Made by a program: the position numbers and the translations under genes | Part shown: in pieces, positions 35,403 through 46,779 of the stretch | Layout: each line of letters opens with the position of its first letter | How positions within the stretch are numbered: the stretch's first letter is position 1 | Assembly (NCBI GenBank): GCA_002269645.1 | Contig: NIVC01001131.1 | Location: 124,001 to 188,000 of the forward strand | Reading direction: 5' to 3' | Length of the DNA: 64,000 nucleotides | Source: Macrostomum lignano | Taxonomy: Eukaryota | The notes under the pieces: model-generated | The model's input: only the letters and a program-made list of their open reading frames with translations | Told to the model about the DNA's origin: nothing | Databases searched by the model: none

Positions 35403-36110
35403 TTATAGATAAACTCGCTGCGGGGCCTCATCGGGGAGAAAATTGGCTCTCAGGCGCAGTTCATGGGGCGAAGCGGGGTGAAAATCAAGCAGCAGATAGC
35501 GCTGATCTCCATCTCGCACCAATCGATCCATCAGTTCTACTAGCAGAGTGCGCCGTTTGGGAAAGCATTGCTGACTTAAAGCTTGGACCGCAGAGGTGTC
35601 TCTGGGGTTATTGAACAACACCATGTAGGTGCAATTTATGCTAATTGTGCGCCACTCTCTGTCTTTGAAAAATAGATTTTGCGTGATGAGAATGACAAAG
35701 CAGGGCTTGTGGTGGGCCTCACCGGTGAACAGATGTCGTAGCTCTCGACTTGCAGCTGCTTCATCCAGTAAATCGTCAATCACAATCAGGTCATGGGGCT
35801 GCAGATCCAAATTCGATAATCCTTCACATACTTGCACTCCTAGCCGCCGCAGAGTCGCGTGGAGTTCCGGCTGCGGGCATCCGTGATACCAAATCATCCG
35901 CTTGGGAGGTTGGTCGAACAGAAGCAGTCGTTGGGACAGCAACCGCAAACAGAATGTTGATTTTCCCGCTCGAGAAGTGCCCGAAACCATCATGCAGCTG
36001 CCCATCCGCAGTCTGGAATCAAACACCTTGCAACTGATTTTTGAGTCTGAGTATGATTGCATCGTTTTGAGCCACAGCTGCCGGGTGCAAAACCTTGATG
36101 AACAAGGCAT
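35403..36110 (-). CDS. ATP: A32/FtsK-like DNA packaging ATPase
   Basis: Walker A GTSRAGKS, Walker B LIVIDD, HHKPCFVILITQNLF and RTISINCTYMVLFNNPRD motifs. The real start is probably downstream of the tracked one. Confidence 0.9.
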   Translation of the reverse strand: MPCSSRFCTRQLWLKTMQSYSDSKISCKVFDSRLRMGSCMMVSGTSRAGKSTFCLRLLSQRLLLFDQPPKRMIWYHGCPQPELHATLRRLGVQVCEGLSNLDLQPHDLIVIDDLLDEAAASRELRHLFTGEAHHKPCFVILITQNLFFKDREWRTISINCTYMVLFNNPRDTSAVQALSQQCFPKRRTLLVELMDRLVRDGDQRYLLLDFHPASPHELRLRANFLPDEAPQRVYL

Positions 36111-36492
36111 TATATGACATTCTCTTATGCAGTCGATGGATCAAGTAAAAAATGCAATACCAGCCGCATAGAGTTGACGAACTGGGCTCAACAGGGCCCG
36201 TATTCCATTGTAGCACCATCCGCGTTGGTTTAGTTTTCTTTAACCAGCTCTTCATATTTTTACTCAAGCCTCCCAAAGAGTTGAAAATTTCACAATGCAC
36301 TTTACTGGTTACTACTCCAGCAATCCAGTGACCGCACTCATCATTCCATGGCTCATACAAAATGAAGCAGCAGGGTCGGCAGGTTGAATCGAAAAATGGT
36401 GTCACTGTTCCAACTGTAAAAATTCCGCAATAGGCATTCCGCACAGATGTGGGGCAGCGAGAAATGAACGCTTCCAACTCTTCGGAATTCAT
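36019..36492 (-). CDS. PRO: Adenain-like cysteine (maturation) protease
   Basis: GHW His motif, FNSLG (cf. FDSYG), EPSSSTLCGWYC (cf. Q-x3-S-x2-CG-x-YC). ATGA overlap with the capsid gene stop. Confidence 0.88.
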   Translation of the reverse strand: MNSEELEAFISRCPTSVRNAYCGIFTVGTVTPFFDSTCRPCCFILYEPWNDECGHWIAGVVTSKVHCEIFNSLGGLSKNMKSWLKKTKPTRMVLQWNTGPVEPSSSTLCGWYCIFYLIHRLHKRMSYNALFIKVLHPAAVAQNDAIILRLKNQLQGV

Positions 36493-37759
36493 GCTCTGCG
36501 ATAATCCAGCAGCACATCTCTCTCTTTAGTGATTTCCATGCATGAATCATACACGCACAAGCAGATGAGTGTGACTGGCTGTGCGAGAGCGTTGGAAAAG
36601 CGAATATCCAGTCGTAGTTGACCCTGCCTATGACCAAACCAGCTGCCTACTTCATCACCACTTGGACTAAGGTCAAAAGCAAGCAGATAGGCACTATCTC
36701 GATATTCATCAAAGCTCATGCAATAATTTCCACCGAGACTGCGAGCAAACTGCAAAAATTCGGATGAGTGCTGCTGCTGTGGTTCTATGGCTGCCCAGTA
36801 ATTGGCTCTCCATTGACAAACAGGCTTAAACTATTCAATCCAAATGCTTGGAACCAAAACGGGTTGTGGTGCAGAGATCCATTGAAAGCTGTCTGGCTGA
36901 CCATTCCAAGGAGCACAAATTTTGGCAGCTGACCATGCGTGATTGAATCGAGACTCTTGTTTCTTGTCCTAACAGAAAATGTGAATGTCTGTAGCTCTCT
37001 TCTATCAAAGTGGTATAGAGCATTACGTTGTGAGAGCCCCTGCTCATGTGCGAGAGCCACTGTTGAGTTTACTCGGAGACGCCTCAAAAGCAGAATAGCA
37101 TTGTCGACTTCAACACGGTATTGAACTCCATTATTGGGTACCATCAACGAAAAAGCGCTGCAATGCCGGGTCAGTTTGACCTGCAGGCTGATTTGGTTTA
37201 GCAGATACTGCCGGATTGAGAAAATGTCTGAAAACAACGGGCCGGCATATTGCACAACAGCAGAAGCCTCATGCAATCTCGCACGATTTGTGAATCCATG
37301 ATTTTGCTCCCCAATGGTGTCACTCTCTCCAGCGGTGTCTGGATAATAACCTGCGGCCGCCAGTTCTTGAAGCTGGTTGGCAGTGCTGCTGGTCAGCACT
37401 TGAAGCATTGCTCGATATGGGTAGAGCTCGTCCCCACCACTCACAACCCGCTGGTTGAGTTTTACAGTGACATCACGAAACAGGCTGGCAAGCGGGAGAT
37501 TCGATAGTCCGACATGGGCATCATCTTCATTAGTCAGCTCTGCATTGTTTATCACACGAGTTATCCGGCAAGTGACTTGCAGCACTGTGGCGTGCAGATC
37601 GGTGTAGTCCTCAGAGGAGGCGTGGCAGTCGAATTCAATCGGTGCATCAGGAGTCGTGAGACTGCCGATGGGATGAAAGTCCATGAAGTGAGACCTATCC
37701 ACTCCAATTTCATGCGTCTTTGGCTCAAACAGGTTGAGCCGTGGATTTGTCCGATACAT
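36489..37759 (-). pseudogene. PY: Double jelly-roll major capsid protein, frameshifted at ~36760-36790
   Basis: LNLFEP, PIEF, YTDL, YPYRAML, GQLPK, FNGSLHHNPFWF in 36785-37759; AFDLSP...GQLRLDIRF...EITKERDVLLDY in 36489-36755 in a different frame. Confidence 0.9.
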
Positions 37760-38030
37760 TATGAGAGTGAATCGAGCACTCGGTTGACTGTTTTGTATGA
37801 TATCTTGCGCTTTTTTGTGGGCACTGGCTTGCTCTTCTTTGGTTTGATTTTTGGCGTTTTCTTATGTTTTTGCTGCGATGGAGGTGGTATGCGGGAAAGG
37901 AGAACTGCATTTTCATGAGTCTCAGGGGGCAGTCAGGATAGCAGCGATGTGGGATATCCGTGCCCATGAGGAAGTTTGAAGCAACTGCCTCGATAAAACT
38001 CGGTCACTTGTCGAATGTCCATGACTCACG
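37760..38030 (-). pseudogene. Small basic (core-like) ORF upstream of the capsid, with an internal stop
   Basis: MDIRQVTEFYRG...GHG..., internal TGA, then Lys-rich KHKKTPKIKPKKSKPVPTKKRKISYK; its TAA overlaps the capsid ATG (TAATG). Confidence 0.45.
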
Positions 38031-38372
38031 CAGCTCTCGGAACTGGGTGTTGCAAAACTCTTTTCCACGGTCGGTCCGAACTGCTCGTAGGCATCGAGGG
38101 TGAGCTCGATTTAGGATCGCTTCGAATCCGGCTGCAACCTCCTCGGCTGTCTTGCGGCGCACCGGCTGAGCCCAGGCAAACTTGCTGAGCACATCGATGC
38201 AGCATAAAATGTATCGCATGCCGCCATTGTACTTGGCGAACAGCAGCATTTCAACAAGGTCCAGTTCCCACTGGTCATCCATGCCCCGCACCACAATCGG
38301 TGCTCGACGAAAGTTTTTGCGTTTATCTCTATGCAGTGCGTAGACATCTTGGTCTTGGAGCCACGTTTTTAC
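38004..38372 (-). pseudogene. INT: Retroviral-like (rve) integrase, truncated at both ends
   Basis: KVKTWLQDQDVYALH...QWELDLVEM...YILCCIDVLSKFAWAQPVRRKT...TDRGKEF; first two catalytic Asp regions present, the E-containing ERFNRT region missing. Confidence 0.9.
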
Positions 38373-38374
38373 CT

Positions 38375-39210
38375 TTAATTGTAAAAACTGGAAATTACTA
38401 GCTAGTGGATAAAACTAAAAGCCTAAGCAGGAATTTTCTAGAAAATCATTGGTTCAGGAGTATATCGTATATGCATACCTGCCCTACACTAAACTTGGGT
38501 CCGTGCTGTTTGTGAAACTCTTGTTTTAATGCCTGATAGCCGCCATAGCTGCCCGGTCTACTGCAGTCAAAATAAATACCTGGCAGAATTTTGGAAATTG
38601 CCTTTTTCTTTTTCATTTTACCAAATTTCTAGTACCTATCATTTTCTTATGCCAAACACCTGGCTTGAAAAAAAAACTACCCACTCCCACCCATTTCTGC
38701 GGATTTAGCGTTTCTAGCCTCTGTTGTGCACGAAAAATCATGCATTTTTGCATAAAATACATACATTTCAATGGGAATTTTTACCCGAATGTGTGCACGA
38801 AAAACCTCGACACTTTGCATACTTTTTAACACTGTGCACGAAAACTTGCATACTTGTGCACAAGATACATGTATTTCAATAGGGATTTTTACTCGAACCT
38901 GTGCATGAAAATTGACGCATGTTGTCAAAAAAGTCACGTCATATTGCGCACTTTTAATCACTGTGCACGAAAACTTACATACTCGTGTACAAAATACATA
39001 CATTTCAATGAGAATTTTAACCCAGAGATGTGCACAAAAATGACTCATTATGGTAAAAATACTAATGTGAAAGAACAATTTTCTCTCCTGCAGTGTATCA
39101 AATATCATTAAGTAAAGGATGGATTTATTATTATTCAAAATATAGTATATTCGCATTAAATTCACATGCATATAGTTAAAAATTAAAGATATGTGAAAAG
39201 AATGTTATTG
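38375..39210. other. AT-rich foreign segment inside the Maverick, with tgtgcacgaaaa subrepeats
   Basis: Abrupt drop in GC and loss of coding signal between the PolB remnant and the integrase remnant. Confidence 0.55.
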
Positions 39211-39214
39211 TGAG

Positions 39215-39966
39215 AAAAAGAGCTTGCTAGTGTCCAGATCGCACTGGCCGACACTGGCTTGTCATCTTGAGAACGTGCACCAGAACTAAATCCCGGTTGA
39301 AAATCTTCTGGTCGCGGAATGCTGACTTGGCCACAGGCTTTGAATTGACCAGTCGGTAGCTCACTTGCTTGCGAACATTCTCGATGGTCTACAGGGAGTT
39401 GTTTAGCGGCCCGTTGTCTTTCTTGAACTCATTCTTGGCCTTTTGCACGACGCTCCATGCGGTAGATAATAAACAGCGGTCGACACGTCAACACACCGAG
39501 TGGTCCTGATTTCCCAGCAACTGGCATTGCGTAGGTACTTCTCTATCCGGTTGAGGATAGTCTGCATGTCGTCAGAGAAGTATTGCTCCTCCTCACTCCG
39601 AATAAGAGAGTGGACCTTGGCAGCAAACCAGGCGGTGTTCTCGGCGGCGCAGCGGCCATTAATGATGCGCTGCGTCAGGACCCCGAGGCGCAGCTGAACC
39701 TTGATGGCGGTTCCTGGCTGAAGTTGATGCTGGGTGATCAAGTCAATGAAAGCTTGACGAGTGCTTTCCAACAAATTCCTCGGGTCGCCGCATGCACTGG
39801 CCCGGTAAAGTCGGGACCTGCCATTAAACGCCTCCTTGATCAGTTGAAAATGAATCGTTGGGGAGTCATCTGACTCAAACAGTGCTGGTATCGCAGGGCA
39901 TACCGCATAGTGCTCCTCAATGCCCCCGGTTACTGATGACTCGCAGAAGTCGCAAGTTATTTGCAT
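39215..39966 (-). pseudogene. POLB: Protein-primed DNA polymerase B remnant (N-terminal domain fused to a motif-B region)
   Basis: N-terminal EAFNG...IKVQLRL...IEKYLRNASCWEI. In another frame KAKNEFKKD...NNSL*TIENVRKQVSYRLV...IFNRDLVLVH, then VGQCDLDTSK, matching the recalled Polinton KNEFEKD..KL.NNS..GKT.ENVR...IF...L.AVH...VG..ILD.SK. Confidence 0.8.
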
Positions 39967-40029
39967 TTTTGTTGTATGTTAAATTTGATATAAAATAAAA
40001 AAATCTATGGGGTCTACTGAGTCCCGCGT

Positions 40030-40200
40030 GCTTTGTTTATAAAGGGTACTGGACCCCGGCTCCTGCGGGTTGTGTTGACCAACCAAATCGTGCATCAGGG
40101 ACCACTCGACCAATAGAATTCCTTCTCGACCAATAGAATTCTTTCCCCACATTATACTCGGAAATCACTTCAAATGCTTGCTCGACCAATAGAATCCCTT
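40030..40200 (-). promoter_or_regulatory. Putative promoter region of PolB (TATAAA ~40036-40042; three ctcgaccaatagaat CCAAT repeats ~40105-40200)
   Basis: Motifs read directly from the sequence; mirror the arrangement at the left end. Confidence 0.4.
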
Positions 40201-40599
40201 CCCCTCTCTACTCGGAAATTCCAAGCAATTGGACCCTCTACCCGTTGACCGATCACATTGAAACTCTGTGTTGCGTGTCACCACATGCGGTAGAGGATAC
40301 TCAACAATGGACACTCATTCACATCTCAAAACTCACCCTTGAACACTCACTTAACTCACCCTTGGACACTCAACAGACACTCAGCTGCCCAACCCGTCAT
40401 CTGGCCTGCTCAACCGGCCTGCCCGACCCCACCCTTGGCCTGATTGACCCCCTCATTCGGCCTGCCCGACCCCACCTCTGTGCCTGCTCGACCCTACTTC
40501 TAGGCTTGCTCGACCCCACTCCTGGGCTTGCCCGACCCCAACCTGGGCTTGCCCGACCCCTTTCTCCGGCCTCCGGTATGGGATGGTGTGCTGGACAGA

Positions 40600-40955
40600 A
40601 AGGGGCCTTGGTATGGGATGGGGTGCAGGACAGGAGGGGGCCCGGTTTGGGGTCGGAGGTAGGTGCGGCGGTGGTGGATTTGGGGTCGGGTGGGCGTCTT
40701 TGGGGGCCCGGTTTGGGGTCGGGGTGGGTGCGTGGTGGTAGTGGGTTTGGGGTTGGGATTGGGTGCGTGGCGGTGGTGGGTTTGGGGGTCTGGATTGGGT
40801 GCGTGGCGGTGTTGGGTTTGGGTCGGGGTGGGTTTGGGGTCGGGGTGGGTTTGGCGTCGGGGTGGGCGTCTTCGGGGGCGCCGTCTCCCCTCATTGGCCG
40901 GGTGCCCCGGCCAATCCCGTGCGATGGCGGTAGAGGGTACCACTTTCCTACTACT
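40600..40955 (-). repeat. Right terminal inverted repeat of the Maverick
   Basis: Reverse complement of the left TIR; ends CTACTACT. Confidence 0.9.
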
Positions 40956-41128
40956 AACATGAAATGAGCACAACTTTTAGAGAATAAGTATAGGATTGAA
41001 TCTTCGAGTATATATGTATTTGATGCAAAATGAGAATCATTACTCTTCATAGTTTATCATTTCAACGAGTTGCTTTCTAAGATTTGTCGTCTATTTGAAA
41101 CAGTAGACACCCGCAATAATCTTTTTAG

Positions 41129-41559
41129 CGAAATTCCGATCCGCAGTTGCTCAACATCAGTAGACAGACATTTAGGCATCTGTGGATACGCTTTTGACCG
41201 CAACTTTGCCGTATTCAATGGCGAACATGGTAAAAAGTGCCTTGACATCCCGAGCGACAAATCTGCAGAAGGCGCTTGGATGCACGTTTTCTTGAGAGGG
41301 TCGGCCCTTGTAAAGCACGTCAAGCTCTTCAACCGGATGGACAAATGCTGTAAAAATAGTCTGAACCACTTTACTCTTTACATTAGTTACTATAAATGCG
41401 CAGAACACATTGATGCAAATCCATTTGTTACGAAAATCTTTAATTGCATGCGGTTCGGCCATCACGTGAAAGTGGTCTCGGTACCCGGTGCGGGCCTACA
41501 TCTGTGCCAATTGCAGATTTTCGGCTACTTAACATTGCTGCGTCCGACTGAGCTACAAA
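41129..41559 (+). CDS. Lectin gene AB copy 1, exon 4 (FTLD-like domain 2)
   Basis: ctttttag|C GAA ATT (phase 2, fits exon 3) to CAA A|gtgagt; AFDRN...C...W...V...NRMDKCC...LHLCQLQIFG. Confidence 0.8.
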
Positions 41560-41834
41560 GTGAGTTCTGCTTTACAAGTAGCTCGTGTTTTGCATGTGTC
41601 GCAGAGTATGGTGCGGATCCACAACTGGACTCTTGGGGCTTGGGGAAAAGCGCCCTTACAGGGTAGAGACCTCTTACAGAAAAGTGTCAACTTATTTAAG
41701 GTTGACCAGTCTAACTGCGGTCTCAGTGATGGCAAACAAGCGCAGACATTTACATTTATTCAGTATTTAATTAATTAAGTAAAACAAAGTTTTTATTTGT
41801 TATTTTATGATATCCAAACTAACTTCCCAATCAG

Positions 41835-42112
41835 AATATCTAGGGTGCTACAAGGACAATCCAAAGCAGCCGGACCTTGAGCAATTGGTATCGCTAACGT
41901 TTATGTCGATTTCAAAATGCCATAGGATGTGTAAACGCCTAAACAAGCTCTATTTTGGACTGCAAAATGGTCGACTGTGCTATTGCGGCAACAAGTTTGG
42001 CAGATATGGCGAATCAAAGGAACCGCAAGCCTGCGATAAACGGTGCATCTATAGCAAGTCCAAACGGTGCGGCGGTCACTATCAGAATAGCGTCTACGAG
42101 ATTATTCTGTAA
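41835..42112 (+). CDS. Lectin gene AB copy 1, exon 5 (WSC domain, stop)
   Basis: ccaatcag|AA TAT (phase 1); YLGCY.D...C...C...YFGLQNG..CYCG...C...C...CGG..QNSVY. Confidence 0.88.
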
Positions 42113-42964
42113 ATTAGCAGCTATAATTTTTTCCTCTATTTTTATTTTTGAGAGTGTGTCGGTCCTTAACAGAAGAGTACCAAGCTAACATAGAGAGCCA
42201 ATATAGCTAATAGCTAAGCTGAAGCACAAAATCCCAAATCCTCGGGCTTCTAATTTTCGACCATAAGCCAAATTATACAACTAGAAATGATCGCATGGTT
42301 GCTGATTTATAATGAGTATATATATATATATATATGATTATGATACAATATACATATAATATATATGCGATTTGAAAGCAACTAGCTGTTTATGAACGTG
42401 CCACAGAGAATGGATTTCGGCTTCCGCTTTAATACTAGTAGCAGTATTGGCTCTCTATATGTTAGATCCCGATACTATTTGTCCGGACAGTGATGTTTTA
42501 TTTTTGAGGCAAAACATACCTGCAATTAATAACTCGAAACAGCTGTAGGTTAACAGAAAATTCTGTACTCTTATTAATGGCATTTGCTTACTGGAGATTA
42601 TAAGTGAGCGGTCATTTTTTATTTAAATTCTGTATTATTCACTGTCTTCCCACGGTGTCCCATGACCTGCCTCCATGTACATTTATTTATAAAGTGCTCA
42701 TTATCATTAAAACAAAAATAATTTGTGACTAAGCACTACAGTCAGTTAAATAAATTTCTTTCCTAAGAGTTTCTAACTGGGCAACACTTCGTAAATGTAC
42801 TTTCATTTTTAGTAGTACATACTGTACGTCTGAATGTGACTTTGAAAGTACACAAAAACTTGGTGATCTCTCAGTTCTTTGTAAGGTTTTTAAAATAAAT
42901 AAATTAAAACAAGATGTTATAGTTTCCTTTCTTTTTTATTCATAATAATATTAATAATAATTTA

Positions 42965-43250
42965 TTAGACCTGCCCTAATAACCAGATGTGCAACCGACA
43001 GCTCAGCCGCAGCTATTGCGCGGCGCATCTGAAGGCTGCGTACGGCTGTTCAGTCCAAGAACTGGGGGGGGGGGCGCCCCACACACCCTCAATTACCCCA
43101 GCTAATGCTGGCACCCATTTTACAGCTGGGTGAACCGAAGCAATGCGGAGTTAAGTTTCTTGCCCAATGACAAATTGTTTCAGTGGGGATCGGGAATCGA
43201 ATCGTGTTTAAGTCGTGAGTCCTACGCTCTAACCACTAGGCTACAACCCC
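42965..43250 (-). mobile_element. tRNA-derived SINE with CORE-like central domain
   Basis: Head ggggttgtagcctagtggttagagcg (A box), degraded B box, ttgggcaagaaacttaac...ctgtaaaatggg core; four copies in the window. Confidence 0.75.
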
Positions 43251-43738
43251 GTTTTATTGAAGAATTGTATAGTAATACCGACAGGTGATCCAGTCGAAAA
43301 ATTTAACAATTTTAAACCGTGTGTGAAGTACATCGATTAATTGTTAATTTTGAGTGCCGGCGTTCTATGTTCGAACAGATTTATACTTCATTCTGAAATA
43401 GCTGCACTAGCTGGGAATTGTACAAATATGAAAATTCGACAACTCTGTAGGACACAAGGATTTTAGCCGAGTAAACAATGAAAAAAGATTGCTAAAACGA
43501 ATTAAAATGTTATTTAAAACTTTGCGGGTTTTTGGTTTTAACAGTTTAATCCACCCACTTGTATGTGAAAGTAAGAGGAGTTTTTTGGAGTTATCCAAGT
43601 AATGGACGGAGTTGTCATTGAATATATGGATATCTTCAATAACACCCAGATATTCAAACTCTAAAGAATTTATTAAATTAGATTCAAAGGCTTGATACAC
43701 TACCTTTTTAATGTCTTCGCAGCAGGAGACAGTCTTTA

Positions 43739-44018
43739 TGGTTGTAGCCTAGTGGTTAGAACGTCGGTCGGGAGTTCGATTCTCTACCTACTCGGAACTA
43801 CGAGTATTTGTCCCGAAGCAAGACACTCAACTCTGCATTGCTTCAGTTCACCCACCTGTAAAATGGGTGCCGGCATTTTCTGGGGTAATTGAAGGTAATT
43901 GAGCTATGTTGGCGACCCCTCCAGTCCTTGGACTGAACAGCCGTACGCAGCCTTCAGATGCGCCGCGCAAAAGCTGCGGCTGAGCTGTCGGTTGCAAACA
44001 ATTTAATTAGGGCAGGTG
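43739..44018 (+). mobile_element. Same SINE family, opposite orientation
   Basis: gttgtagcctagtggttagaacg...gttcgattc...ctgtaaaatgggtgcc...ggactgaacagccgtacgcagccttcagatgcgccgcgc. Confidence 0.75.
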
Positions 44019-44246
44019 CATTATATTCAAATTTTAGTATATTATTGCATTTCTTAAATTAGTTATGGTTATTATTGGTCGTAATATTCTTTTATATATA
44101 TATGTCTATGTCTATACCTATCAAAATGCTAACATTCATTTTAAAAATGCAAAAATTGCACACTAACTTTTTTAGACAGCTTTTTAGTTGTTTCACAAAA
44201 ACATTAAGCCAAAACATTGAATTGTGCTAACTAAACAGTTAGTACA

Positions 44247-45579
44247 ATGCAAATGAAATGGCTTTCAAGTCTACCAGATCGAAATTGCGTATTTCTGGCA
44301 GTGCTACTTCAGATTTTATTTTTAGCCGATGTTGCTGGAATACAACTCTTTAAAACTCGCCAAGTGATGTACCGCATGCTTGGATCCGACGATTTCAACG
44401 AAGGTGAGTAGCTAAAGCCATTGAGACTTAGTGCTCTGTTTAAGCAACCTATTGTGAGGATTAGCATCATTATCTAGATATTACAGAATCTCGATGGTGA
44501 AAGCATCAAAACTATTCTCTTTGATCCAGTGCACTCCCAAACGTACATTTATTTGAAGTTTAGCTATTAGAGCTGCAATTTACCTTGAATTGTTTACAGA
44601 ACGCCTACACCTGGAGCGCTGTCGCCAGAGCTCTTCATCCGGGAACTGCAATCTGGCTATTGACGGAAGCATTGTTCAAGAATGGACTCAATGCGTCTCG
44701 ACTGTACCTGAAATCAGTAGCTTTTGGAAGGTGAGTACAATTGCACTCATTGTTATTGCAATTATTGATAACCAAGGTTGATATAAATTCCAGCAAATGG
44801 CATCTCAGAAACTCCTCCCATTGAGCCATGGCATCTCAGAAATTCCCCATTGAGCCATGGCATCTCAGCAACTCCCCAATGAGCCATGACATCTCAGCAA
44901 CTCCCCCATCGAGCCATGGCATCTCAGCAACTCATCCATTGAGCCAATTAGCATCTCAGCAACTCCCCAATGAGCCATGGCATCTCAGCAACTCACTCAT
45001 TGAGCCATGGCATCTCAGCAACTCCCCAATGAGCCATGGCATCTCAGCAACTCCACATTGAGCCATGGCATCAGGCGCTGCTGCAGTAGTTCACCGCTCA
45101 AGGCCGCTAAGAAGAGGCCATATTGTTATCGTGAAGTTTCAAAGGGCCCTCGGGCTGGATAGAGAGGATTTTCGAGGTGGAGTTCACGGGTCTAGACAAT
45201 AACTGGGCAAATAATTTACTCCCCACTTCACTTTTACTCGTGCAGTCTTTAGAGAACTGACACGTCAATAGTTATTATTTGCTCCGCTTAAGGCCGAACT
45301 TGAGACGCCTTCTTACATCGCTCGAGTTGTCATTCACACGGCGAAGCTGCCAGACGAGGCGATGCTCAACGCCATGCACGATTTTGGCATATACGCCGGC
45401 GACACCACCTGCTATCGGCACATTTCGTCACAGTCGTTCATCACTCGATCGTTTCCTTGCGACGCAATGGCAGACAGAATTTTAATTCGAAGCTTCCGTG
45501 TCAACAGCATCATGTCATTGTGCGAAATCGAAGTCTATGGAAAGCCTCTGACTTTCCAAGGGTTGGATAGCGGAGAGGC
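44247..45579 (+). CDS. Lectin gene C copy 1: signal peptide + FTLD-like domain; exons 44247-44403, 44600-44730, 45293-45579 (or to the stop at 45583)
   Basis: GT-AG junctions in compatible phases (1, 0); MQMKWLSS...VFLAVLLQILFLADVAG signal; QSS...LAIDG...C...FWK|AEL...V.I...MSLCEIEVYG. No downstream exon found. Confidence 0.8.
44797..45073. repeat. Intronic minisatellite, ~29 bp (gagccatggcatctcagcaactccccaat)
   Basis: About 9 copies; counterpart at ~62600-62925. Confidence 0.9.
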
Positions 45580-45649
45580 GTGAGTTAAAAACGAGCTTGA
45601 TCATCTGTGGCTAAGGTGGTTAATTTAGGCGAGCTTGAGTCTTTAGATT

Positions 45650-46385
45650 GGCATATTCAGAATGGCAGATTCAGAATAGCATATTCAGAATAGCAGATTT
45701 AGAATGGCAGATTCAGAATGGCAGATTCAGAATAGCATATTCAGAATAGCAGATTTAGAATGGCAGATTCAGAATGGGCAGATTCAGAATGGCAGATTTA
45801 GGGCATATTCAGAATGGCAGATTCAGAATAGGCAGATTCAGAATGGCAGATTCAAAATGGGCAGATTCAGAATGAGCAGATTTAGAATGGCAGATTCAGA
45901 ATGGCAGATTTAGGGCAGATTCAGAATGGCAGATTCAGAATGGCAGGTTCAGAATGGCAGATTCAGAATGGCAGATTCATAATTGGTAAGGTTCAGAATG
46001 TCAGATTCAGAATGGCAGATTCATAATTGGTAGGTTCAGAATGTCAGATTCAGAATGGCAGATTCAGAATGGGTAGGTTCAGAATGAGCAGGTTCAGAAC
46101 GGGCAGGTTCAGAATGGCAGATTAGGAATGGGCAGATTCAGAATGGCAGATTGAGACTTAGAGATTCGGAATGGCAGATTAGGAATGGCAGATTCAGAAT
46201 GGCAGATTCAGAATGGGCAGGTTCAGAATGAGCAGGTTCAGAACGGGCAGGTTCAGAATGGCAGATTAGGAATGGGCAGGTTCAGAATGGCAGATTAGGA
46301 ATGGGCAGATTCAGAATGGCAGATTAGGAATGGCAGATTCAGAATGGCAGATTAGGAATGGCAGATTTAGAATGGCAGATTCAGA
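45650..46385. repeat. Minisatellite, 14-15 bp (gattcagaatggca)
   Basis: About 50 copies; counterpart at ~63500-63950. Confidence 0.95.
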
Positions 46386-46779
46386 CTGTATACTGAACCT
46401 GTCAAACTGATTGCCTCATGAGTCACTTTTCTGGGTATGTGTAGGAGAGAGAGGCCTGGGAGAGACAAGGGCTCGATTTGGTAAAAGATTGACTCGATTC
46501 TGTTGGGGGATCCTCTGGCCCCATTCGTATTGGCTAATTTGACGAATTGGCAAATCTACTGTACTTGCATGGGTTAAATTATTGAATATGGTCAGATTTT
46601 AAGAATTTGGAGGATGAATCGAGATGTAAAGTTGGCAACAACGACACTGATTCACCACAACTAAAAGATGACTGCTAGGAGCTTCGGAAATAAGACTACT
46701 GTACACAGCAGCATCAACAAAAGGTATAAAATTGTCAATCGAAATCGACCCGTAGATGTGCGATTTTGCAGGGTTCTTA

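Larger units (their letters stand above)
31350..40955. mobile_element. Maverick/Polinton (adintovirus-like) element, internally deleted, 9606 bp
   Basis: Starts AGTAGTAGGAAAGTGG and ends CCACTTTCCTACTACT; flanks aacata (31344-31349) and aacatg (40956-40961); contains PolB, integrase, capsid, protease and ATPase homologs; empty paralogous site at ~58225-58255. Confidence 0.95.

Noticed and set aside
33401-36492. Selective retention of the TBP, PC4, protease and ATPase ORFs
   Set aside because: With only a handful of lesions across the element, several intact ORFs of ~0.5-0.7 kb are not unexpected; needs dN/dS.
36755-36790. Programmed frameshift in the capsid gene
   Set aside because: No slippery heptamer seen, sequence appears to be missing at the junction, and neighbouring genes have similar lesions; decay is simpler.
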